A stretch of DNA of 64,000 nt from Nitrosopumilus sp. (GTDB lineage: Archaea > Thermoproteota > Nitrososphaeria > Nitrososphaerales > Nitrosopumilaceae): NCBI GenBank assembly GCA_965249555.1, contig OZ252243.1:2080001-2144000 (forward strand), in the 5' to 3' direction. Below are positions 42,083 to 54,595 of this stretch, in pieces (position 1 is the stretch's first letter; each line of letters starts with the position of its first letter). The position numbers and the translations under genes are program-made. The notes under the pieces were generated by a model. It had not been told where the DNA came from, made no database searches, and worked only from the letters and a program-made list of their open reading frames with translations.

Positions 42083-43196
42083 TCAACATCTAAAACGCGA
42101 CTTGCACAGTCCTAACTGTAATTCTGTACAAATTCTCTCTTTTAGCATCCAGTAAATAACTCGCAGGATCTTTGATGATGCGGCAACTGCGGCCTTTGAT
42201 GAGCCTCTCTTTTTCTTAATGCGATTGTAAAATTTTGTAATGTCACTGTTCTTGGCATGTATTGTATGGGCATGAACACATTGGGTAAGAACCCATCGTA
42301 GTGTCATGCTTCCCCTTTTGGTTATACGGCCATGGTGTAATCTGCAGAGTTTCTGACTGATGGCACGACTCGTGCATATGCGCATAACTTGTGAGAGTCA
42401 TTGAATCTGCTAATATCTGCAATTTCTGCTGCAATAACTAGTGATTAGTCACCAATTCCGGGTATTGATTTTATTATCATGGCATCAGGACTGGTCTTTA
42501 CGGCAGCATACACTCTTGAATTAATATCTTCAATTTGCAGATTAAGATGGCCTATCTGTCGTACAAATCCATCTATGCGATAGTCACCTAAGGGAGGTGA
42601 GTCTTCTGTTGTATGTTACAGTGAACGTGACTCCTGGTATCTTGATTCCCTCCTGTAACAAAATTCCATGAATAGAATTTTTGAGAGAGGTCCTCCACTG
42701 AACGAGTTTTTTTCTGTATCTTACCAGCTGGCGATGTTTTACTATCTTTTTGTTTGGAATATGGCATGTATCCCCAGCGCAAAAGATCTGCCCGTATTTT
42801 GGAATCAATCTTGCCTGTTTTTTTTGATGCGGCTATTGCCTTTGTAAGATACGGGTTTGAGAGTGTCACGTTTTGTATCCTAATTCATCTGTAAGAAATC
42901 TATACGTGTTATACTGATGATGACTCCATGACAATGTTTGCATGAATTGGTATGTCTGTAAAATGTTTCCTGATTGACTCATGAGTGTTCTCAACTTTTA
43001 TGTTTTGTAATATCTTTCCGTCATCATCCATTGTTGCTAGAAGAAATTCCTTGTGCAAGTCAATGCCAACATACATGCCCTTGTCTTTTTTTGCCCTAAT
43101 CTGTTTCTTTGGACTTTTCTTGGAATATGATGAATTACGAGCCCTGGACCTGGGTTCATTTTTCATGCTATCTGAATTCCTTCTTTTTGTATTCAC
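42083..43196 (-). mobile_element. second IS110-family transposase, multiply frameshifted
   Basis: YVGIDLHK, VMESS, LSNP...KTGKIDS, GRITKRGS..LRWVL. Confidence 0.82.
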
Positions 43197-43202
43197 ATAT
43201 AG

Positions 43203-43973
43203 TTATGTGGTTACAAATATGACCTGACTATCATCCATTATAGAGTTTAATTCTACCATGTCACAACTTGGAATTAAATCACATAGAACTCTATTTTCAA
43301 CTAATGACCAAAACTCAGGATCTATTTGGTGAACTTCCACACTAACATTTCCATAATTAGTCATCTTATTGACAGAAATTACTAATTGATCTACAAGTGT
43401 TCTATCTTGCGTTTTAACAATTTCTGTGATTCTATCAATTACTTCATCAAGTTCTTGTGGAATATCATATCTGAAAAATCCCCATTCATGAAGTTTTTTC
43501 TCTGCATTTGTTGGATTGTATGTGTTGTCAAGTTTTTCTAACTGGGAATAGAGAGTTGATAATTCATAACCATCAACATTCACACCAATTGCAGTTTCGA
43601 GGTTATAATTACGAATATTTTCTTTTAGCATATCTTGATTCCATTGATTATCCGACAGTTCAGATTTTGTAAAATTTAGAAAGATTTGGTGATTTATTAA
43701 ATCATCTGGACTAGTAGCCCATATTCTATCATTTACAACACCAATGTTTCCTACAGGTCCAACTGTATCTTCACTAGAAATAATATCTATTTCTTGATTT
43801 CCTGCTGAGGCATCATCTTCGTTTGTAGTTGTTTGTTCAAATGCCATCCTTGTCAGTTCTCCTTTATTTGATTTTTCTACATCAGCGTATGAATTATCTA
43901 CCATACCAAATGGCAGAATCATTGCAACAATCAGAGAGGCAAACAGTACTGTCTTTGCATTCTTGTACGTCAT
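43203..43973 (-). CDS. secreted protein with MTYKNAKTVLFASLIVAMILPF leader, probably truncated by IS110
   Basis: signal peptide identical to 44942-45853; ends at the IS boundary. Confidence 0.65.
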   Translation of the reverse strand: MTYKNAKTVLFASLIVAMILPFGMVDNSYADVEKSNKGELTRMAFEQTTTNEDDASAGNQEIDIISSEDTVGPVGNIGVVNDRIWATSPDDLINHQIFLNFTKSELSDNQWNQDMLKENIRNYNLETAIGVNVDGYELSTLYSQLEKLDNTYNPTNAEKKLHEWGFFRYDIPQELDEVIDRITEIVKTQDRTLVDQLVISVNKMTNYGNVSVEVHQIDPEFWSLVENRVLCDLIPSCDMVELNSIMDDSQVIFVTT

Positions 43974-44158
43974 TGTATCGTATACAACACCTTGTTATAA
44001 TACAGTTGATAATGACTTGCGGTATGCCTCAAAATAATAAAGCAGTTTATGGCAATTTGCTATCTTACAAAGTATACGTAAGGTCTGCAGCCCACAAATT
44101 GTACGGTTATACCAATAAAACAAAATCAAAGCACCAAAAAAACATTCACAATTTACTG
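43974..44158 (-). promoter_or_regulatory. conserved upstream cassette, copy 2
   Basis: reverse complement of 13493-13676, without the IS end. Confidence 0.7.
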
Positions 44159-44715
44159 CATATTTTGTTTACACATGGGACAAGCTCCACTTGGGATATG
44201 ATAAAACACGAATCACGCAAAATATCATTAATTCGAGAATAAGAAAAGATTTACAGACGCCTACTGATTGGCAGAACAGATAGAGGCATACATTCAGGGG
44301 GCATACTGGATCTTGGCCTAGTAATCAAAGAGCAAAGTGCACCACACACAAAGTACAGGCCGTCATTGTATGGCATACTATACTGTATTGATACGCAAGA
44401 TCCTACCAAAAAAGACATTGACAGTATGGCAAAAAACTATGCATTTTTGATTCCCAAAATATTTGGCATCTGGGGCCAGGGTAAAATCAGCATTTACTGT
44501 TATAATGGTATTTTTAACAATCCCATCAGATTTGAAACCAAATCCAAACGCTGCACTATGTGAAGAAATAGAAACAAACGCAGTTGATGTATTGCGTACG
44601 ATTGATGAAAGAAAAGATGAAGGTTCTGATTATTCTGTACAGGAACTAATCTATTGGGATTATGCAAAAAAATGAAAGATCTAAAATGCGTTAGATGGAT
44701 TTTTCATTCCTAAAA

Positions 44716-44925
44716 TCACCTATTTTTAAATAATAATATTAATCCAATAGATAATGGTACAAAAATAACTGCAAGTGTGTAAATTATAGATACAATTTTT
44801 CCAAGTGTATCGTCTTGATCTTCTATAATTACAAAGGATGGAAGGTAGAATATTAGTGAGATTACACCCATACCCCCATACAATATCAACACGTAACAAA
44901 TTATTTTTAATTTTTTAGAGGACAT
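44716..44925 (-). CDS. small two-TM membrane protein
   Basis: MSSKKLK start, two hydrophobic helices, follows the secreted paralog. Confidence 0.6.
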   Translation of the reverse strand: MSSKKLKIICYVLILYGGMGVISLIFYLPSFVIIEDQDDTLGKIVSIIYTLAVIFVPLSIGLILLFKNR

Positions 44926-44941
44926 AAAAAAGGAAACGGGG

Positions 44942-45853
44942 TTAGTTGAGAGATATGTCCGATATCGTTGTGGATAGTGTTGCGCTATATGTACTAGGTA
45001 TCTGTATGGTTTTTGTGAAAGATTCACAATCATTCACGTCAGAATGTGTGACTTCACTAGTCTCATCATAATTATATTGTATTTGTCCAAAAACATTTTT
45101 CGTGTTTCCAGTAGAAGTCATATCAAAGTCAACACTATCATGATGTGTAGCACTGTCAAGACACACAAGAGATTCATACGTAACTGTACCTCCAGTTGGA
45201 TTAACTATAAAGCCCCATGAAGAAGTACTAGTACCTTGATTCCATCCATATGATATCACTGGGAATGGAATTGTTGCAGGACCGTATCCGAAAAGAGGAA
45301 TAGTCATTATGGAGGTTCTCTTCAAAGCTAGATCTGATTGATGAACATAATACAAATTTGTATTCTCATCATCCACACCAACATTGTTTGTTTGAGGTGT
45401 CTCCATTTCTATTTTTGCGTTAATTACTCTTGTTTTCCAATACTCGGGGTTTGCATCAAATCTATCTTTAGTTGTAACTCCATATTCTTCCAATTCAAAA
45501 TATAGAGTAATACGCTTTATTTCAAGCTCTTGAATTGTTTGCTCTGATTTGTTTTGTTCCGTTGCCAGTTCTAATTGTTTTTCGGCTTCAGCAATATCAA
45601 CTATATGATCAAATATGAATTTCTCATACCCGCCAAGTGTGTCAACAAAAGATCTTAATTTTTCAATACTCTGTGCTTTTTCTATGTCTGACTGTTCTAA
45701 TAGCGTTTTTAAAACCCATTCTTCATATGCTGTCAGTTTTCCCATATCATTTACGTCTTGTTTTGCCTCTGCAGATTGCATACTACCAAATGGCAGAATC
45801 ATTGCAACAATCAGAGATGCAAACAGTACTGTCTTTGCGTTCTTATACGTCAT
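44942..45853 (-). CDS. secreted protein, paralog of 13677-14582
   Basis: signal peptide; FELEEYGV...NPEYW and HQSDLALKR. Confidence 0.75.
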   Translation of the reverse strand: MTYKNAKTVLFASLIVAMILPFGSMQSAEAKQDVNDMGKLTAYEEWVLKTLLEQSDIEKAQSIEKLRSFVDTLGGYEKFIFDHIVDIAEAEKQLELATEQNKSEQTIQELEIKRITLYFELEEYGVTTKDRFDANPEYWKTRVINAKIEMETPQTNNVGVDDENTNLYYVHQSDLALKRTSIMTIPLFGYGPATIPFPVISYGWNQGTSTSSWGFIVNPTGGTVTYESLVCLDSATHHDSVDFDMTSTGNTKNVFGQIQYNYDETSEVTHSDVNDCESFTKTIQIPSTYSATLSTTISDISLN

Positions 45854-46036
45854 TGTATTGTATACAACACCTTGTTATAATAAAATTGATAATGACTTGC
45901 GGTATGCCTCAAATAATAAACAAATTTATGGCAATTTGCTATCTTACAAAGTATACGTAAGGTCTGCAGCCCACAAATTGTACGGTTATACCAATAAAAC
46001 AAAATCAAAGCACCAAAAAAACATTCACAGTTTACT
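45854..46036 (-). promoter_or_regulatory. conserved upstream cassette, copy 3
   Basis: same cassette and same IS-end junction as copy 1. Confidence 0.7.
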
Positions 46037-46245
46037 GAGACATGGGCATAATCCATTCTAATTTTTAACTGATTTCTCAAATTATTCAAATAGAAAAAGC
46101 AAAGGATCTCATCATGTTTTGTTCATTGGAATGATTACAAAACAAATAAAAATCCCTAGCAAGATTCTATGTGAGTCATTTCTTATTGGTGTTTTGTATC
46201 TGGCTGGAACATTATCTGTACGAGAATGCAATGAGACGAGGACGC
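46037..46245 (+). mobile_element. IS982/IS5-like left-end remnant
   Basis: GAGACATGGGCATAAT plus the first codons of the transposase. Confidence 0.82.
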
Positions 46246-46267
46246 CCGTTCCATCAAAAATGAGGGA

Positions 46268-46846
46268 TTGCAGAATCCACCTATGGTCCAAAAGGAATCA
46301 AAAAACTCGTATTTGTTACTGTCTGGACAGAGAAGGCTTGCTGCCCTGAAAAGGTTGGGTGCAAAGAAGATACCAGTGTTATTGCTTACTCAGAGTACGA
46401 AATATGATGTACATGATGCAAAGGCTGCATCAGTGGTTGAGAATCTGCATCGAAACAAAATGAACACAAAGGACATGACGGCAGCATGTGTATTTTTGAC
46501 AGAATCAGTTGGAAAAAGTAAAGCTGCAAAATCACTAGGAATATCATCACAAACTCTCAAGAAATACCTTGGATTTGCAGCAGTTCCAGATAGATTGAGG
46601 CAGTTTGTACCAAAAGAGCTGTCTCGTGATGATTGTGTGAAATTATATCAGGTCATCCCAAATCTATCAAAGGCTGTATCTGTTGCAGAGAAGATCATTC
46701 CACTGGATCAGAAACTACGAAGAGAGTATCTCAAGGTTTTGAGTCGTAGTCCAAAAACATCTCAAGTTGCTCAAGAAAGCAAAGAGTGGATTACAACAGA
46801 GAGTTGTTATTTTGTTGAACAAGGGAAATGCCCGGAAACTGCGTAG
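46268..46846 (+). pseudogene. ParB/Srx-domain protein with HTH, 5'-truncated
   Basis: LLSGQRRLAALKRLG...IPV...ASVVENLHR...AAKSLGIS. Confidence 0.72.
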
Positions 46847-46946
46847 TTTGGCTGTGAGAAAAGATGTAAAAGTTGTAGAGATGGCAGATGATATACTTTC
46901 TGATTATTTGAAAAGAAAGTAAATCTGGGAACAGATCATAATAGTC

Positions 46947-47026
46947 CTCCCATACGAAATCGTCTCCAACCCTACTGCAGACACCTCCTAGCGTGCTTTG
47001 CTGAATCAGGACATCTCAGATATGCC
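46947..47026 (-). mobile_element. solo IS110 right end
   Basis: copy of 18126-18205. Confidence 0.75.
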
Positions 47027-47101
47027 ATCTCATTTTGTCTCTGCCTTTGGTACAGAGAGTTTTATTTTTGCAAAAAGTACGGGAAGGATTCTTGTCATAT
47101 T

Positions 47102-47225
47102 TTGATTCCAGGAATTGTATTAATAATTCATCAGGGATTGTTTTTGCAAATGATACAAAGTCAGTCCATTGTTTTTGTGAAATATTCCATAATAATCTTA
47201 GGGGTAGTAGGTACCCAATCGCCTA
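47102..47225 (-). mobile_element. IS-end-like remnant
   Basis: inverted homolog of 36720-36845. Confidence 0.6.
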
Positions 47226-47256
47226 ATTATATAATTCTCAAAAGATATGATGGAAC

Positions 47257-50200
47257 CTAGTCATTCCAGCTAAGATCAGAGTCATCATATATCATACAGT
47301 CACACAGCATCTCCTGGGCCAGCATCTCCTGTATGGATAGTGATTCCAGCAATGCGGGATCTGATACTCTGTCCAGCCTTAATGGCATGTCATATGAGAA
47401 TGATTCATCCAGAGTTCCCTGAATTGCCTTACTATCAAAGATTAGGGTTGCCCTGTCCTGCTCATCAATTACCAGATTTGCAAAGTTTGAATGAATTCTA
47501 GTCATTACGCTTGTTGGCAGATCATCTCTTTGTTGTATATCTGGTCTTGTAATCTGCAACCAGGTGCCATAGTCATTTTGTGACCATATGTATCCATATT
47601 GGTCCTCCCAGACCTGGTAACGTCTGTCCTGCTGGGTTAGTGATATGGTCTCAAACGGATTCTGGTTGCCATGCTTTTGTTTTAGTTCATGAGTTGCTGC
47701 TGCAAGTAATGCTTCTCCTGTAAACTCTACACCTTCGTTGATATATGTGGTAGTAGAATAACGTTGTTTGTCAACTGCATTAATTGCCAATACTTCATGG
47801 GATAATGGTGCCATTATTACAAATGATATGGTAACATCAAAGCACCTCTCTGCAGTATCTGATGATATGCATTTGACTTTGTCAATGGATGCACCAGTCA
47901 TCTTCTCATTTACTAGTTCCTCTTTTTGCTCATGGACTATATCTGCAATGTCATAGCCTGCAGGACTGGTATAGTTGCTATTTACATTTACTATAATGTG
48001 GGACTCTGCATTAGTTTTCAGGCCAATTTCTGGAACTCCAAGGGATAGAGATACCGACTTTAGACCATTTGTTGCATAGCCTTTGATGTGGACTGTATTG
48101 TTATCACCAATAATGCTGCTAGTCAGATTAAAGTCAGTGTGCCAGTTGTTTGTAATGGTTAATGGCATGCCATTAAAGACAAAGCCGTCATCAACTAGCT
48201 GTACTGCTTGATTATTCCAATGTTTGCCAAAGGTTGGCTTTGTTTTCCATTCATTAGAATCTCCACCTTTTTTCTTTGGTGTGTCAGTTCCAGTAATTAC
48301 ACCATCTCCACTATCGGAGTCATCAGGATTTTGAGCAGGTACTGTGTATGTTCTAGTTACAGATTCAGCTGCATTGTCTGATGCATCTACAGAATCATAA
48401 GTGATATCGTAATCGCCTTGTGTGTTAACATCAACATTTCCAGTTGTAGTAACTGTAGAGCCATCATCAGCTGAGACTCCTTTAAGCAAGTCAGGTTGTA
48501 ATGAGTCAGCTTGTAGTGTAACGGTAAGAGGATCAACTGTGATTACTGGTGGTGTTGTATCAGGTGGAGTTGGTGCTGCGGTAGCTGTAACTGTGACTGT
48601 TCTAGTTACTGTAACTGCATGGTTTCCGGCCGCATCAACTACATCAAAGGTAACATCATAGGTTCCAATCGTACTGGTATCAACTGTATCTCCAACAACT
48701 ACATCATCTGTGATAACTCCATCAGTGTTATCAGTTGCAGTAAAGGTGAATGGTGTGTATTCTTCTCCAAGTTCAACGGAGAATGATTCCTCATTGACTG
48801 TGATAGATGGTGCTGTTATATCAAATGCTTCAGGTACAGGTTCACATATTTCATTATCTACAGCAACACCCTTTATACAAACTCGATTAGCATCGTTTAG
48901 ATCGATGATATGAGTAATACGGATAGTATGTTGATTTGATCCGTCAGATGGAGTGAAAGTATCAAAATCACTACTACCGTCACTAATAATAAGAACATAG
49001 TTATTGGTGATACTAGTTTCTATATTACTCCAGGATACTGTAACGGAATTATCAGCATTTCTTACAGCATCTATTGTTGGTGGTGCTGCAACATCAGATG
49101 CTACTGTTACGGTTTCAGTGATGATAGCAAATAACCCATTGTTGTCAGTTACGGTATAAGTTACAGTATATTCTCCAGAAGTGTTGACATTTACCAAGTC
49201 ATCACCAACTACAATACTAGATGCAATTCCTGAGATATCAGATTCATTGGCAATTACACCTGGGGCGTATGTTCCGCCAAATGGTACTGTAGTTGTATAG
49301 TCAACTGTGTTACCATCAACATCAAAGGTTGGCGGTGTGGTATCAGATACGGTAATTGTAATTGATTGTTGGTCTGGCGTGTTACCTGCTGTATCAGCTG
49401 GCGCATCATACAATACGGTGTATACTCCTATAACACTGGAGTTAGGCGCATCATCTGTAATTGTTACTGTTCCAGAGTAGGCTGGGTCATTATCTTCTAC
49501 AGTAGCGTCAGGTATAGTGTAGGTGTCAGTTGTAGTTAACTCTATTGTTTCACTGGATCCTAATACCGTGATTACCGGTTTTTCGGTATCAAGTGTAATG
49601 ACTATAGCTGGTGATGCAGCAGATGTGTTGACTCCATCAGATGCTCTTGCAGTGAATGAGTTGGCACCCTCATCTAGTTCAACTCCTGCAAATGAGAAAT
49701 CACCTGATCCATCGGCAGTTACTGTACCAGCTGATGTCATTCCATTGAATAGTGTTATAGTTGCTCCGGCCTCAGTTGAACCGCCATCAATTGTGATTGG
49801 TGATGCGCCAACAGTTGCAGATGGTGTGGTAATTGCAGGAACTGGTGGTGGTGTGGTATCAACAGGTGGTACTTCTTCAGACGTTATATTATTATTATCT
49901 ACAGCACCACCAACGGGATTACCCTCAGAAAAACCAAATACACCAATTTCCTCAGCACTATTTGCTTTGTTAAAAGATGGATCATCTTTGGTAATAGTAT
50001 GTGGACTAGTGACAAGTTCAGCAATTGAATCAGGATCCTCACCTTCGTTAATTGCATAAATATTATAATCGGTACCAGGTATATTGCCCCAAGTTACTGT
50101 GATGGAGTCAGTAGTAGGTCTTGTAACTGTTACAAATGGTTCAGTTGGTGTAGTTGCTGCAAGTGTAGTTACAGACACGACACTAGAATCGGCACTGTCT

Positions 50201-53123
50201 CCAGCTGCTGCCACTGCCCTTATGGAATAGGTGTAAGTTGTTTCAGGTTCCAAGGTATCATCAGTGTATGATATCTCAGTCCCAGCGACGGGTATCTCAG
50301 TTGATCCTGTGCCACCTGTTCTGCTCAGTATGTAACCTGTTGCACTGGCAATTTTATTCCATGAGAGCGTTACACTGTTATGAGTAGGGGTTTCTGCCTC
50401 AAGTGTCGGGATGCCAGGTAGAGTCACTACTAATGGCCTCAGATATACATCGCCATTCAATAAAATGAGAATATCACTACTAAAACCATTGCCAAGGGAT
50501 AGTGGATCAGATGATACAGTGTTACCTATATCGCCAGTAGCAACAACTATGTCATCGCTGGCATCACCTGCCTCAACTAGAAATGTGCCTGCCCTTAACG
50601 GGACAAAGGATACAGTTACATCTCCAGCAGCATCTCCAGTATAACTAAATGTGCCTGCCCTGATTGCAAGTAGAGATGCAGGTGTGCTTGCAACTGTCGC
50701 ATCGTCAAATGAGAGGATTACATTGCCATCAAATTCATGGTTGACTGGTATCTGTTTACTTTTCACTATTTCATCTGTTACATCCGTATCTGTTACATCA
50801 ACAGTGTCAATCAACGTACCTGCCGTAATCGTAAATGTGCCTGCCTTTAAGGCTACAAACTCTACAAGTAAATCGTTTGTACCTATCGGAATAGTAACCT
50901 CAAAAGAGCCTGCCTCTATTGCCGGCTTAACCTCGGTCGTTACAGTCTGCCTTACAACGTCCTCACCGCCAAATGACAGGACGGCATTGCCGACATAGGA
51001 ATCCACATGATCAAATACGATGGTTACTCTGTCATCTATATTGTCGTTCGTAACAGCTATAGTTTTGGTCACTCCGTCCAACACAACACTGTATTCGCCT
51101 AGATGGCGGGGGTCAAATTCTACAAATACCTGGTCAAGAGAAAGAACTACGTAAACACTAAAAGAGTCTGCCTCTATTGCCGTCTGGTCAGATGTGTAAG
51201 TTGTTGTTGTGGCAACAAGAGTAGTTGCAGTGACCTCGTTAGAATCTACGCTTGTCCCGGCAGTATTTGTTGCCGTAATGGTATACTTGTAATTTGTTTC
51301 AGGTTCCAAGTTCTCATCATCGTAGAATGTATCAGTAATGTCCGGTATCTCTGATGTCTCTGTGCCAACAATTCTGGTCAAAGTGTAACTGTTGGCATTA
51401 TCCACTGCACCCCAGAAAAGCGTTATACGTGTGTCAGTGAATGATGCTAGTGTAAGTGCGGGAGTTTCAAGTGGAGCTGCAGTTACTTTGTATATTCTGG
51501 TTTTATCAACAGCTGGGTTTGTACCATCAGTTGAGGAATAAGTGATAGTGTAATCGCCTACTGTACCAACATCAACAGTTCCAGATATAGTAATTTCAGA
51601 GCCATCATCAGTTCTGACTCCAGTAGTAAGTTCTGGTGCAGGTGAGTTTAGTTCAAGAGTGATCTCTTCTGGAGTTACTGTGATTACTGGGGGAGTAGTA
51701 TCAGGTGCTGTTCCAGTTGTAGTTGTAGTAACCGTATTAGAACGAACACTTTCCCCAAAAGTATTTGTTGCTGTAACGAAATACTTGTACGCTGTACCAG
51801 AAAGCAGACCAGTATCACCGGTACTGAGTCCGCTGGTGCCTGACAACACTATTACATCATTACCGCCATCAACAATTCTGGTTAGAGTGTAACTGTCGGC
51901 ATTACTCACTGCAGTCCATGAAAGTAATATAATTGCATCAAGAGTTCTGTCTACAGAAAGTACGGGTGCGGCTGGTGGTGTAGTTAATGCTGTTCCAGTT
52001 GAAGTTGCAGACTCAACATTAGAAGTGGTAATTACCCCATCACCATCAAATGCTATGACATGATATTTGTAGGTTGTTCCAGGAAACACAGTATCCGTGT
52101 ATGTTGTCCCTGCAATATTTCCTCCTTGCTGACGGTTATCTCTATACACCTTATAGTATGTGGCATCAGTCACTGTATTCCATGAAAGTGATATAGTTGT
52201 ATCAGTAACTGCTCCTACAGAAATTACAAATGGATCTTCTACTGGTGGAGTTGTATCAGGTGCTGTGGTATCTGTAACTGTAACTGTTCTAGTTACTGTT
52301 TCTGCAAGGTTTCCAGCCGCATCAGCTACATCAAAGGTAACAGTGTAAGTATTAGCTACATTGATATCAACTGTATCTCCGTCAACAATTACACCACCTG
52401 TGATATCTCCATCAGTATCATCAGTTGCAAAATAGGTGAATGGCGTGTATGTTTCTCCAAGCTCGATGGAGAATGATTCTTCATTAACTGTGATTACTGG
52501 TTTTTCTGTATCTGGTGCACTAGTCGTTACAATCAAAGTATTAGAGTTAACTCTCGAGAGAGGATTATCGTAAAGTGCTCCGACATAATATTCGTAGGTC
52601 GTTCCAGGAGTCAGACCAGTATTAATGACGCTGGTGCGGGGGTCGCTGTAGGTGAGGTGGCGATTTGCTTGTAGTTCATCATTTCTATACACACTATAGT
52701 CAAAGGCATTATCTCGCGTCTTCCATAAAATCTCAATGCTTGTACTAGTGACGTCTCCCACACTAATTGTAGTTGGATTACGCGTTACAGTCTGCCTTGC
52801 AACTTCCTCACCGCCATATGACAAGATGACAGTATTAACAGAAGAACTCGCAATATTAAAGGAAATAGTTACTTCGTCATTAAGGTCATCTGATACAACA
52901 GTTCTAGTTTTGGTCTGTCCGCCCGCCGTAGCAGTGTATACGCCTTCCTTGAGGGGGTCAAAGTTTACCACTGTTTGGGTTGGAAGTGATCTAGTCTCAA
53001 AAGAGTCTCCATCGATTGCCGTCTGGCCAGGTGCGTAAGTTTGAGCCTCTGCACTTGCAAGAAGTGATATGGCAAACAGGACAACCCCCCCCCCACTAAC
53101 GCATTAAATAACATTTTATTCAT
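47257..53123 (-). CDS. large surface protein (FN3 and DUF5011/Ig-like repeats), frameshifted at a G10 tract in the signal peptide
   Basis: open frame 47257-53085; ATG at 53123 is out of frame; G8 or G11 gives MNKMLFNALVGG(G)VVLFAISLLASAEA-QTY. Confidence 0.8.
53085..53094 (-). repeat. G10 homopolymer, candidate phase-variation tract
   Basis: ten consecutive C on the plus strand in AT-rich DNA, at the frameshift. Confidence 0.75.
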
Positions 53124-53309
53124 ATTGTATCAAAAATAATTTGCGGTTATAAAAGGTTTACAGGTTGATTTTTTAAGCTTGTAATTTGACAATCGTGAGC
53201 AATTTGGGATATCTCAGATATGGAGATGTGTAAAGTTTTGTAAAATGAGATTCAGGGGATCTCATTTTGATCGTATTTTTCAGTGGAATGCCAATGCCTA
53301 AAAATGGTG

Positions 53310-54081
53310 ATTGGGCATCATACCCCCATACATCTATGCTGTCAAGATATGCATCCATTGCCATTCTATCAGATTAATTTCATGCAACCATCTGACTCCT
53401 TTCTGCGAGAATGTCTTTGTGGGCGTAATCATATTTTGCAAGTATTGCATAAATCATGTTTTTGTGTCTTGATACATTTCGCACGCGATTCAATTCATGT
53501 ACCTTACCAGACTGTATAGTCTATATGGTATTTTTCTGGTACGAATGATTCATACACCATGTCTGCTCTTAGCAAGTCCTGCCAATACGTCTGAATCAAG
53601 TTTGTCGTTTTTTAGCTTTGCCTGTGCAATTATCTTGGTCTTTGCAGGATGTGCAAGAATTGTATCAATTCCATGGTTCTTCTAGCGTGTCATGTAGTCT
53701 GATCCAATAGTTTGCAGTTGATTCGCACACTGCCTGTATGTCATTACCATATGTCTTTTTGACGTGTTTGATAAAACCCATTATTCCATTTGTTGTATTA
53801 TCAAAGCTTGTCTGCTCTAGCTTCTTTCTGGATTCCTATTTTGTTGCAACACATCTCTTTGTGAATATTAATTCCTATGCTGATCATACCATCACCCTCC
53901 TTTTTGATCAAATTGCCTGATCTAGCGGAATGCTCCCATTTGCCATCTATGTGGTATTTTGTTTTCCGCTCACTTTGAGTTAGTCTGTGTAACGCCCTTG
54001 TACATGGCAGTAACCTTTCAACTCTCAGGCCCAACAGTGGGTATACATCACAAGATATGAAAAAGATTTCGTATAACGTCT
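53310..54081 (-). mobile_element. IS110-family left end plus longer transposase remnant
   Basis: same family as 4518-5030; continues past the truncation point (LLRADMVYESFVPEK); left boundary approximate. Confidence 0.8.
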
Positions 54082-54120
54082 GTGAAATCAAATCATTGAA
54101 AACCACGTATTAAATGTAAA

Positions 54121-54251
54121 TTTTGCAAGAACTGTATTTACTAATCTGAATCCACACAGCTAACGCTAGGGTATAAAGATGCCATTATATCACGATCAGA
54201 GAATGCATGACATAGGTAATTATGACATTATTTTTTCAGATAGTTGTATCT
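54121..54251. repeat. 131-bp direct repeat, copy 2
   Basis: copy of 28200-28330. Confidence 0.85.
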
Positions 54252-54595
54252 ATCAGATGAGAACTTTTTTGCCAAAAATTTGGCAGGCATATCAAAGATT
54301 TATCGTCTTTGATAAGGGTAAGAGTCGTTTTATTTTGTTATTTTGATTTTTCCCCAACCATGATTCGCAACAATGTACGATGTGCTGTACAGTGTTGTAT
54401 GGTATCATTGTGCAATGATACGATTTCATGGTTTCGGCAATGCCCGGTGGACAAAGCCAACCCAATCACAATTCTTCAAGAATAATAATTGAGCATCAAT
54501 GATATCTAACACCTCGTTGTATGAGGATCATTTGAGATATCACTGAATCATCAGGGGGATTCCCTTGAATTTTTTGAGGATTAGATATGATGGTT

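Noticed and set aside
5059-52971. Two ORFs both listed as exactly 1904 aa
   Set aside because: Unrelated sequences; the second gene really starts at 53123, so equal length is coincidence.
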